Shown: piece by piece, positions 26,246 through 34,949 of the stretch | Layout: each line of letters opens with the position of its first letter | How positions within the stretch are numbered: position 1 is the first letter of the stretch | Source of the DNA: Promethearchaeota archaeon | GTDB lineage: Archaea; Asgardarchaeota; Lokiarchaeia; Sigyniarchaeales; SOKP01 | Reading direction: 5' to 3' | Assembly: GCA_004524365.1 (NCBI GenBank) | Contig: SDNL01000002.1 | Coordinates: 1 to 49,074, forward strand | Length of the DNA stretch: 49,074 nt | Translations under genes and position numbers: made by a program | The notes under the pieces: generated by a model | What the model was told of the DNA's origin: nothing | The model's input: the letters and a program-made list of their open reading frames with translations, nothing else | Databases searched by the model: none

Positions 26246-27364
26246 TTAAGATTTTAAATTCTTAGCCATCAATTTTGTTTTTCTCTCTAAGATTTTATCG
26301 AATAATTCATCCATGGTAGGAAATGGTGTAAATTGACGATCTTTCTTTTTCAAAATAATTGCATCTGAAGGACATTTCGCAACACAATTCCCACATCCAA
26401 TACATCGTCTTTTTTTTATTTGAGCTTTATCGTTTTTTAACTTAATAGCATCCATAGGACATATTTCAACGCAACTACCACATCCAATACATAATTCATC
26501 GTCTATATTAGCATAATGATTTGTAACTGTATAATCTCCTGGACGAGGGAATAATTTCATTTTTGTAAGGTTTTCGCAACAACAACCACAACAACAGCAT
26601 ATAAAACTCAAATGTTGAGAATTATCAGGTTCTAATACTAATCCCTCTTCTTGACTCTTTCGAAGTATTTCAAGAACTTCATTTTTCGTTATTTCCCGTC
26701 CCTTCCCTTGTTCTATATATAATTTTGCAGCATAACCAAATTGAAGACACACTTCTCTTCGGTCTGTTGCCTTACAAGGCTCTCCAAGCATATCTTTCAT
26801 TTGTCTACATACACAATTGGCAACTGAATACGGGCCATCAGTGGTCTCTAATAATGATTCAAGATCATCATATATGCTCACATTCATTTCGGGTTCAATA
26901 CTTTCTTCTACTGGTATGGTTCGTAGTTGGGAAGCTTTTAGCTTCAAAGCTTCGGGAAGCCACCCCTCCATAAAATATTTGTCGAATTCTTTTATAAAAT
27001 CCTCATTTAGTTCATTTACTTGGAATTCGAACATTCCGACCATTAACAAAGCATTACCATAGAATTTTTTATCATTTTCTCTTTTAAACATTACCAACCC
27101 TTTCTTCATCATTTGATCTAAAATTGTCTCTAATTCTTCTAGAGATATACCTGTTTCCTTTGCACGCTGATAAATTTTGTCTAAAGATTCAAGGTCCCTC
27201 TCCCATCCAAATCGTAAAAACTTTGCTATTTTGGCTTCTTGGGGGGTAAATAAAGTTTTTAATAAGCGAAGGCCTGAACCAGATTTTACCGAAGGGATAC
27301 CAATTGGCATCTTATTAAGATGTTCTTGGAGCTCCTTATATACAACCTCTTCTTCATTTGACAT
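26246..27364 (-). CDS. 4Fe-4S dicluster domain protein with poly-Cys motif
   Basis: The C-terminus has CIGCGSCVEICPMDAI and CIGCGNCVAKCPSDAI. Upstream lie CVCRQM...C...C and the run ICCCCGCCCENL. 372 aa. Confidence 0.7.
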   Translation of the reverse strand: MSNEEEVVYKELQEHLNKMPIGIPSVKSGSGLRLLKTLFTPQEAKIAKFLRFGWERDLESLDKIYQRAKETGISLEELETILDQMMKKGLVMFKRENDKKFYGNALLMVGMFEFQVNELNEDFIKEFDKYFMEGWLPEALKLKASQLRTIPVEESIEPEMNVSIYDDLESLLETTDGPYSVANCVCRQMKDMLGEPCKATDRREVCLQFGYAAKLYIEQGKGREITKNEVLEILRKSQEEGLVLEPDNSQHLSFICCCCGCCCENLTKMKLFPRPGDYTVTNHYANIDDELCIGCGSCVEICPMDAIKLKNDKAQIKKRRCIGCGNCVAKCPSDAIILKKKDRQFTPFPTMDELFDKILERKTKLMAKNLKS

Positions 27365-27470
27365 TTCTATTTTTCTCCATGTTTAATGGTTAATAAAATC
27401 TTTTTAAATTTTAAATTTTTTCGAAATTTAATATTTTCAAATTTCCGTTAATTATTAACATGATAACCCT

Positions 27471-28472
27471 TTATTGATTTATGAAAAAAAGGATTCCTCC
27501 CACTATGGCTAATTCGTTTTTTTTCATTGTATGTCCGCCTCGTTTAAAAATTAATTGATGGTTCCCAGATAAATCTAATATCGATTTATTTTCTTGAAAG
27601 TTTCTAAATTTGATCACACTATCATTTTTACTATGAATTAAATAAATTTTATTAGTTAACTTCTTAAATTCATTTTCAGAACATGTAGATTTATTTCTTT
27701 TAAATATAAAATAAGGAGATAATTTTTTATTTTGAATCTCGTTAGGAAAGAGCGGAATACCACGAAGTATATATCCAATCAAAATAATTGGATTAAATCG
27801 TAAAACATTCTGCTTATAGCGAGAGATGCAAGAAATAGCAATAATTTTTTTTATTCTTGGATCAGTAAATCCTGCTGAAATAGCAATTACAGCGCCCATA
27901 CTAAAGCCTATTGAAAAAATTTCGAATTTTTTTAACTCTTCATCATTTTGAATCCAATCAATAATTTTTCTATAATCCTCAATTCTTTTAAGAAATTGAT
28001 TTCTTTTACCTAATTTTTTTGAACCTCCCGAGCCTCGGGAATCATAGGATAAAATTGTATATCCTTGGAGTGCTAAAGGATAATAAAGATATTGAAGAGT
28101 TTCCTTCGTATCGGAATATCCATGGCTTATGATAATAATTTTATTTTTTAACTCTGACTTAATTTCCATTGAGGGTTTTACCAAATTTGCTACGATATAA
28201 CCAAATTTTTGTTGATTGTTAATCGGGATTTTAACGCTTATTGTCTTTAATTTATCTGAAGATATATTTTCCCATCTATCATACCAAATAGTTCTTATTG
28301 AAAAATAAATCTCAAATGGAACATACACTAATAAGAAGGTAGTGGTTGAGAGAATAAGACAAGTTCTAATTATATTCCCAAATATATTTCTATTTATATG
28401 CCAAATAAATGCACTGACGGTTATTCCAATAATTGAAACAATTAAACGCTTTATAAATTTTGATAGGGGCAT
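27471..28472 (-). CDS. membrane-anchored alpha/beta hydrolase
   Basis: Two N-terminal TM segments, ISHGYSD, nucleophile elbow GFSMGA, and a C-terminal GGH. Confidence 0.7.
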   Translation of the reverse strand: MPLSKFIKRLIVSIIGITVSAFIWHINRNIFGNIIRTCLILSTTTFLLVYVPFEIYFSIRTIWYDRWENISSDKLKTISVKIPINNQQKFGYIVANLVKPSMEIKSELKNKIIIISHGYSDTKETLQYLYYPLALQGYTILSYDSRGSGGSKKLGKRNQFLKRIEDYRKIIDWIQNDEELKKFEIFSIGFSMGAVIAISAGFTDPRIKKIIAISCISRYKQNVLRFNPIILIGYILRGIPLFPNEIQNKKLSPYFIFKRNKSTCSENEFKKLTNKIYLIHSKNDSVIKFRNFQENKSILDLSGNHQLIFKRGGHTMKKNELAIVGGILFFINQ

Positions 28473-28527
28473 TTACTTAAACCTATAATCTTTGATCAAT
28501 AAAAATAATTCCTAAGTATTAAAAAAC

Positions 28528-29631
28528 TTAAGAAATTAAAAAATATTCACGAATAAGCGTCTCTAAATCCTTAAATGTAGTAATCTCTCCTTGAAAATGT
28601 TCTAATTCCTCCTTATATTCCTTTTCTAAATTTGCATGAAACATTTCCAATCTATATCTGAATTCTTTTGAAGATCCTGTAGAAATAAGGATACTGATTG
28701 TATATTCTCCATGGACAAAATTGATTTTTTTATTAGCATGATCAATTTCTTGAATATGCCCTGAATCTACTAAAATTTCCCCCAAAAGCATATCGATCCC
28801 ACCAATTGCACTTCCAGCGAGATCTGAATCAACTTGTTCTTTTGATGTTTCTTCATCTGATTTAAAATTATATTTAAATATTAGAGATGAAGTATCCCGA
28901 TAAATTACAAGAAGCTGAACCATTTTTTGCAACCAATTAAGTTCAGTTAATGGCGGCATAGATTCCCAAGATCTTACCATCAAAATTGCACCAATTATAA
29001 TTAAAATTGATTTTATGATTAGAATAATATTTCCATACATAAAATAAAACCCAATCAATGAATTTGAGAGCCCCGCGATGGCTAAACCTGAATAAAACCA
29101 ATTGAATTGTTGTTTTTTTACGATCTCTAAATTAGAAAAGTTTTTCAAAATTTCCTGAGAGGCAATTACATAAGGGATGACTATTATAACAACGGTAATA
29201 TATACATCATAAATTCCGAATATTCCTAATAAAATATAAATTAAAAAATCAATAATAGCAATTATCGATAATAAGAATGGAAAGGGTTTTTTACTCTCTA
29301 TTTTTGAGTGATAATAAAGATCAAGTTCTGATAAAAGAATAAAGATTATAATTCCAATGAAGTAAACCGTCATTATGATAAAATGGTAGAAGAGAAATTC
29401 ATTACCCCTAAATTTAACAGAATAGATAAAAGGTAAGCCCACAGTATAGATAAAGATTCCATAACAAATTAGATAGAAGGTAAATCCTGTAGTTGTCGAA
29501 ATTAAGTTATCCTCCCTTATCTTCTTTCCTACTTGAATTGATAAGTATAAAACAAAGAAGAATGAGAAATAATTAAATAAATGAAGCATAGCCATATCTA
29601 AAGGGGGACTTTGAAAAATTAAATAAATCAT
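28528..29631 (-). CDS. polytopic membrane protein with cytoplasmic roadblock/longin-like C-terminal domain (tentative)
   Basis: About 8 TM segments. The following 130-aa domain is LLVIYRDTSSLIFKYNF...DSDLAGSAIGGIDMLLGEIL...IQEIDHANKKINFVHGEYTISILIS...FRYRLEMFHANLEKEY. This has the beta-beta-alpha-beta-beta-beta-alpha spacing of roadblock/longin folds. Confidence 0.45.
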   Translation of the reverse strand: MIYLIFQSPPLDMAMLHLFNYFSFFFVLYLSIQVGKKIREDNLISTTTGFTFYLICYGIFIYTVGLPFIYSVKFRGNEFLFYHFIIMTVYFIGIIIFILLSELDLYYHSKIESKKPFPFLLSIIAIIDFLIYILLGIFGIYDVYITVVIIVIPYVIASQEILKNFSNLEIVKKQQFNWFYSGLAIAGLSNSLIGFYFMYGNIILIIKSILIIIGAILMVRSWESMPPLTELNWLQKMVQLLVIYRDTSSLIFKYNFKSDEETSKEQVDSDLAGSAIGGIDMLLGEILVDSGHIQEIDHANKKINFVHGEYTISILISTGSSKEFRYRLEMFHANLEKEYKEELEHFQGEITTFKDLETLIREYFLIS

Positions 29632-29813
29632 TATTTGGGATTATTAAAGAATATTGAAATTATAGAATTATTAAAAATAATCTTTTTATCTTTTTTATAT
29701 TTTAGTTTAAAATATGGTAAAAAACAGAACAAAAAAGGAAAATTGTTTTATAGAGAATCTAAATTGAACTACGATTATAATTAGGAATCTAGATTACTAA
29801 AAGTTATATAGTT

Positions 29814-30110
29814 TTATTTGTTTGCCTTGTCTGGGGGGCATCCAAAATCATCTCGTACCTTACAATTCTTCCGAGTAGAACTACCTTCGCATTTTGCACA
29901 TTCAACATCCCTTAACATAATTTCTACTTCACTTCTGCTACGCCCAAAGTCATCTTCATCTGCAGGCTCTGCTAGCATTTCATCTTCAATCTCATAAATA
30001 TCTTCATCAATGATATCATCCTCCTCATCCTCCCCTAGTTCTATTATTTCGTCTCCATCTTCATCAACAATGCCTTCAGGAATCTCATCCTTTTCAGTTT
30101 TTTTTGGCAT
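29814..30110 (-). CDS. small protein: highly acidic N-terminal part plus four-Cys C-terminal knuckle
   Basis: 98 aa. A D/E-rich stretch (DEDGDEIIELGEDEEDDIIDEDIYEIEDE) is followed by CAKCEGSSTRKNCKVRDDFGCP. Confidence 0.5.
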   Translation of the reverse strand: MPKKTEKDEIPEGIVDEDGDEIIELGEDEEDDIIDEDIYEIEDEMLAEPADEDDFGRSRSEVEIMLRDVECAKCEGSSTRKNCKVRDDFGCPPDKANK

Positions 30111-30266
30111 ATATTATTCTCCTTATGCAAATTTAATTAAAATTGATCATTAAAATGTAAAAAATCTATATATTAAGAATGAAAAGTCAAATTAAGATTT
30201 TTCTAAAATGAAATAGTTGAAGAAAAACAGCTAAATACACTGAAAAAGGGAAAATAAAATATTAGC

Positions 30267-31562
30267 TCATGAATCTTCCAAATGAATAGTATTTTTAAGT
30301 TTTTCGTAGGCTCTACATCGTTGTCGAGTGTTCTCAGAACATCTTTTTACTTTCCAGCAACGATATTCGTGATTTAAATATGCATCACATTCCTTATGAT
30401 TTGGACAATCTTTAATTTGCCAACATTGATATTGATATTGATTGTAGAATTTATGGAACTCTTTGGGTAATTTTTGGAAATTAAACTTGGTTTCTTTTAA
30501 AAATTGATCAAGATTATTGGAATTGTAAGTGTTCCAAAAGAGAATTGTTTTCATCTTATTACTTTCCTTTTGTATATAATCTAACATAGCCGCCATAGCT
30601 TTTCCCGTATATGTAGTTTCCAATTTAAAGCCCTTCTCTTGACCTTCTAATTCCATTACTATGTCAATTGCTTTTTGACCCCTTTTTGTTTTCGCTCCAT
30701 ATTCTGAACCTAAATAACCTTTTATGAGTTCAAAATCTTCAGATTTAACTTCTACAGAAGGAAACGACTTATCTAACTTTTGTAGATGTTTTAAAGCTTT
30801 ATTACTATTTTTGATAATTGAAGATTTGCTAGCGAAAAGATCGGTGCTTACCGCAACAGCATGAACTTTTGTCTTTAATTCCAAAAGTTTGCAACCTGCT
30901 ATTAACCCCGCAGCGGTCCCTGCTGAACCACAAGGTACATAAATTATATCTGGCTCAGGAATAACGCCTTTTTCAATTTGAGCTTTTAATTCAAATACTG
31001 CATTAATAAATCCTAATGTCCCACTTGGAGAACCAAACCCCAATAAAGTGGACCCTCCCGGTAACATCATATAATATTTTGAATGAGTAAGCCGAAACCA
31101 TAATCCCTTTAACACTAATCCTCCATATGATTTCGCATAATGAAGATTGGCATCAAAATAATCATATAAAAGTAATGAGCGTTGCACATGCCATGTAATG
31201 GGTTGATGAGCAAGGAATAAATCGCAGTTCAATCCCAATTCCTTTGCTATTATAGCACAAGCCAATCCATGATTAGTGCCCACGCCCCCAAATGTCATTA
31301 CACCTTTCTTATCTTCTTCTAAAATTTTTGCGAAAATAAATTCAAATTTTCTAAGTTTATTTCCCCCATAAATATGATGATCTTTATCATCTCTCTTGAT
31401 GTAAAGTCCACCAGGAGACTGAATTTCAAATCTTTTTTCCAATTCCCGTAATTCGTTAATAGAGGTAGGAAGATTCGTTAAGAGTGGTATCCAAGGAATA
31501 TTGTTTTTTAAACTTGGAAAATTTTTGAATAAAAGAGGTTGTTTCCGGTCTTTATTTTCCAT
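30267..31562 (-). CDS. PLP-dependent ACC deaminase / D-cysteine desulfhydrase family enzyme with Cys/Trp-rich C-terminal extension
   Basis: YIKRDDKDHHIYGGNKLRKFEF (PLP lysine region), GGVGTNHGLA, CGSAGTAAG. The extra roughly 54-aa tail is QCWQIKDCPNHKECDAY...RCWKVKRCSENTRQRCRAY. Confidence 0.75.
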   Translation of the reverse strand: MENKDRKQPLLFKNFPSLKNNIPWIPLLTNLPTSINELRELEKRFEIQSPGGLYIKRDDKDHHIYGGNKLRKFEFIFAKILEEDKKGVMTFGGVGTNHGLACAIIAKELGLNCDLFLAHQPITWHVQRSLLLYDYFDANLHYAKSYGGLVLKGLWFRLTHSKYYMMLPGGSTLLGFGSPSGTLGFINAVFELKAQIEKGVIPEPDIIYVPCGSAGTAAGLIAGCKLLELKTKVHAVAVSTDLFASKSSIIKNSNKALKHLQKLDKSFPSVEVKSEDFELIKGYLGSEYGAKTKRGQKAIDIVMELEGQEKGFKLETTYTGKAMAAMLDYIQKESNKMKTILFWNTYNSNNLDQFLKETKFNFQKLPKEFHKFYNQYQYQCWQIKDCPNHKECDAYLNHEYRCWKVKRCSENTRQRCRAYEKLKNTIHLEDS

Positions 31563-31630
31563 AAATAATTAAAAATATCCTTTTTTAAAAAGTATTTTAA
31601 TTAAAGAACGATTAATGAAAATGAATATTT

Positions 31631-32599
31631 TTAGGAAATTCCAACCTCGGATTCTATCATTCTAGTTATCGCGATATCAAAGAACACAGAGAATCCTCTT
31701 AGATAATACTTGATAACATTTCTAATATGACAAATTTCTTGATCTGAAGAGAATTCTTTTTCCTTTAAATCTTCTTCTAATTCAATTAAATAATCTTGGA
31801 ATTCAGAGATGGTTTCGAGATTAATATTATGATAGTTTTTAATCAGTTCCTCTAATAATTCAGGAATCTTGAGCAAAAGTCCTGAATATTTTTTTATTAC
31901 ATTATGAGGAATATCTTTAAAATTCATTAATGCTTCATTAATAAAATCTCGTATATATAAAAGCACAACTCTATCCCCAAGAAATCTAATAGTAGGAAGC
32001 TCTGAGCTAGAGATAGGATACTTTGAGAGGCCTGTGATAAGAATCCGTGTACCTAAGGAATATTTTCGCTCTATTTCATCTAATAATAGATCACTTGTCT
32101 CATTAACGTTTCCTTCTACAATATTTTTAATAATTACATGAAATACAGATACTAAATCCTCTACAACATCATAAAATGCCGTTTTTGAAGCATCTAAAAG
32201 GAAATTGATATAGAATTGATCAGAATCTGGCATATCCTTAAAATCTATGCCAATAATTTCTCGTCTTAAATTTATGAGAAGTTCATAAAGGTGTTGTTTT
32301 TTTTGGGAATTATATTTCAAATAAATGTCATCTATATTTAATTTAAAAGCAGATAAAATAGCTTGACGGACTAATTTTATAGGCATTTTTATGCCGTCCA
32401 TTCGATATATTCTATGTTCCTTTCCTTTCTCAAGAGAACGGATCACAAGAGTCTTATCATCAATTGGATAAAGGGTAATTTCAGATTTTTCTTTTAATTC
32501 CGCTATTTTAGTCCATTCTTGAGGAAAAGTGATCGCTTTTGAATTACCAAGCCTTATAATTGAACGTTTATATTTAGATTTCAAATTTTTTGTTTTCAT
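31631..32599 (-). CDS. AbrB/SpoVT-domain protein with helical PhoU-like remainder (archaeal PhoU-type regulator layout)
   Basis: The N-terminus (IIRLGNSKAITFPQEWTKIAELKEKSEITLYPIDDKTLVIR) fits the swapped-hairpin AbrB pattern. The rest is predicted helical, with acidic motifs LLLDEIERKY and FFDIAITRMIE. Confidence 0.45.
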   Translation of the reverse strand: MKTKNLKSKYKRSIIRLGNSKAITFPQEWTKIAELKEKSEITLYPIDDKTLVIRSLEKGKEHRIYRMDGIKMPIKLVRQAILSAFKLNIDDIYLKYNSQKKQHLYELLINLRREIIGIDFKDMPDSDQFYINFLLDASKTAFYDVVEDLVSVFHVIIKNIVEGNVNETSDLLLDEIERKYSLGTRILITGLSKYPISSSELPTIRFLGDRVVLLYIRDFINEALMNFKDIPHNVIKKYSGLLLKIPELLEELIKNYHNINLETISEFQDYLIELEEDLKEKEFSSDQEICHIRNVIKYYLRGFSVFFDIAITRMIESEVGIS

Positions 32600-32751
32600 T
32601 ATATTAATTATAGATTTGTTATATTAATATAATTTTTTCTTCTTAATATAATTTTGAATAAAAATTTAAAATAGTGAAGTAGGATATATCTATTAATTTT
32701 GAATATTATTCCTTTTTGAATTCATTATGAGAATCTAATACTTAGAAAAAG

Positions 32752-34797
32752 TTAAATGAGATATTTTAATTCTCTTATTTCCTTCATTAGTTTTTTATTG
32801 TTATTTAATTCATTAATTAAAGAATTTATTTGGGAGATTATTAAAGAAACTTGATCATAATTGAATGCTTGAAATTTAGAGGCAGAAAAATAGGGATACG
32901 TATATTTATATTCCTTAAATAAGAGAAGTTTTGTAGAATATAAAAGATGAATAAGTTCTTGAAAGTTATTTCTAATTTCTTTTTTAATCACAGATAAATA
33001 TAAGACATTTATCAATGATTCGGAGAGATCATTGAGGAGATTTAGATTTTTATGAATATTTTGTACATTCAAATCATTATAATACTCTTTGTTTTGTTTT
33101 AAATCATAATTCAATTGAGCAAGAAATTGCAAAACCATCCCGAGGTGCCCAATCGATTTGGGGATTCCCTCAGAGGGAATTGGTAATGTTTTGATGAAGC
33201 TTCCATTAAATCTAAGGTAGTGACCTTGCATATGAAGAGTTCCATATAAGCTCTTAAAAATATGATCTATGAAAGAGGAGTTTAAAACAGTCATAAGAGC
33301 AAATAATTGTGTAGAAGAAAGAGAGGGAATTATAAGAAAATAGAGACCTGTAACATTTGTGAAAATACCAGAGTAATCATACACGCAAGTAAGATTCTTA
33401 GCTATCTCTCTTACCATTATCTTCGGAGAGATTATCATATCTTTTTTCGATTGATCAGGTGGGAAGATAAAATATGAGACTTTCAAATCTCTTTTAGCTA
33501 TCTTAATTCGCTTATTAAACTTAATATGATACATACCAACATTGCCCGTTCCAATTATGAGAGGTAAATTTACTATTGGATCTTTCTCATCATGAGTTTT
33601 ATCAAAAAACTTGGCGTAATTAGTGAATCCATACGGTCGGTAGCCAATAGTTAAATCCTCAAACATTTTTTTCATTGATTCATGTTTAGAAAAAAGTTCA
33701 ATAATCAATCCAACATTACCCTTTATAGGTATAACATGTTTAGGAAGTAATCGGAGATTATCTTGTTTAACTTTTATTTTAGAGTGATGTTGCTTAGAAA
33801 CTAGATCATTTTCATGATTATACTTCTTTATTTCAATATGATTGGTTTTTCCAGGAATTTGTTTATTTATTGTAATAATAACAGGATACGTGGATCTGTT
33901 TTTGAAGATAGGAAGCGAAGAAACATTAATTACTTCCACTATTTGGGTTTTGTTTATTAATAAATCTCTTATTTTTATTCCATAATCCGCAGATAAGAAT
34001 TTATTTGTAATGATAAAACAGAGAAAACCCAAATCTTCTTTTAATAACTTTAAGGCACTTTCAATAAATAAGATGGAGAGATCAAATAACTTATATGCTG
34101 ATTCATAGGAGCGATACAGTTCTTTTTTATATTTCTTATCTCTTATTTTCTTATTCTCAACATAAGGCGGATTTCCAATAATAATATCAAATTTTTTACT
34201 GGATCTGTATTTCAATAAAGTTTCAGTGTGATAAATATTAAAATCCGTTTGGGATAACAATTTTAATTTATTAATATCTTGAAGGTCAATTTTTTTTTCC
34301 CTTTTAAATTTCTCAGGTATCTTATCAGAATATAACCATAATATTAAGCGAAGTTTAGAGATAAGGCAAGCCTTTTTTTCTATGTCTATTCCATGAATAT
34401 TTCGTTCTATTATTCTTTTTTTTAAGAGAAACTCATCCTTTGAAGGATAAATGTTTCTAAATATAATAAACAATTGTTCTGCTAAAGCAATTAAAAATCT
34501 TCCAGAACCACAAGAAGGATCTAGTAATTTGATACTTTTTAAGCATTCGCTTATTTTCTGCTTTATTAGAGGTTTGCTTGAAAATATTTTGTCGAGTTTA
34601 GCGAGATCCAGTTGACTTTTATCTATATCATATCGTAGTAGTAAATATTTTTCAAGATAGAACGTAAGAGTTTTTTTACACATATAATCAACGATTTTTT
34701 TAGGAGTATATGTGGTTCCAAATTTCTTGCTACTGATTGGATTATCATATTTTTTTTGCTCAAAGTTCTTGATTAGCGCTTTTATTTGGCTTTCCAT
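32752..34797 (-). CDS. gamma-class N6-adenine DNA methyltransferase (Eco57I/TaqI-like) with TaqI-type C-terminal specificity domain; no nuclease domain
   Basis: TYTPKKIVDYM near the N-terminus, motif I LLDPSCGSGRFL, motif IV IIGNPPYV. The downstream target-recognition-like region ends FIKTLPIP and is followed by a helical tail. 681 aa. Confidence 0.75.
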   Translation of the reverse strand: MESQIKALIKNFEQKKYDNPISSKKFGTTYTPKKIVDYMCKKTLTFYLEKYLLLRYDIDKSQLDLAKLDKIFSSKPLIKQKISECLKSIKLLDPSCGSGRFLIALAEQLFIIFRNIYPSKDEFLLKKRIIERNIHGIDIEKKACLISKLRLILWLYSDKIPEKFKREKKIDLQDINKLKLLSQTDFNIYHTETLLKYRSSKKFDIIIGNPPYVENKKIRDKKYKKELYRSYESAYKLFDLSILFIESALKLLKEDLGFLCFIITNKFLSADYGIKIRDLLINKTQIVEVINVSSLPIFKNRSTYPVIITINKQIPGKTNHIEIKKYNHENDLVSKQHHSKIKVKQDNLRLLPKHVIPIKGNVGLIIELFSKHESMKKMFEDLTIGYRPYGFTNYAKFFDKTHDEKDPIVNLPLIIGTGNVGMYHIKFNKRIKIAKRDLKVSYFIFPPDQSKKDMIISPKIMVREIAKNLTCVYDYSGIFTNVTGLYFLIIPSLSSTQLFALMTVLNSSFIDHIFKSLYGTLHMQGHYLRFNGSFIKTLPIPSEGIPKSIGHLGMVLQFLAQLNYDLKQNKEYYNDLNVQNIHKNLNLLNDLSESLINVLYLSVIKKEIRNNFQELIHLLYSTKLLLFKEYKYTYPYFSASKFQAFNYDQVSLIISQINSLINELNNNKKLMKEIRELKYLI

Positions 34798-34949
34798 CCT
34801 TTTTTGATCTTTATTTATTTTTAAACCGATTGAAAAATCTAATAATTATGATTATTTATAAGTAAAAACATTTTTCTTATAAAATATTTACAAAAATATA
34901 AAGAAATTTAATAAATTAGGCAAATAAAATATTAATCAAGTGTATTTAG

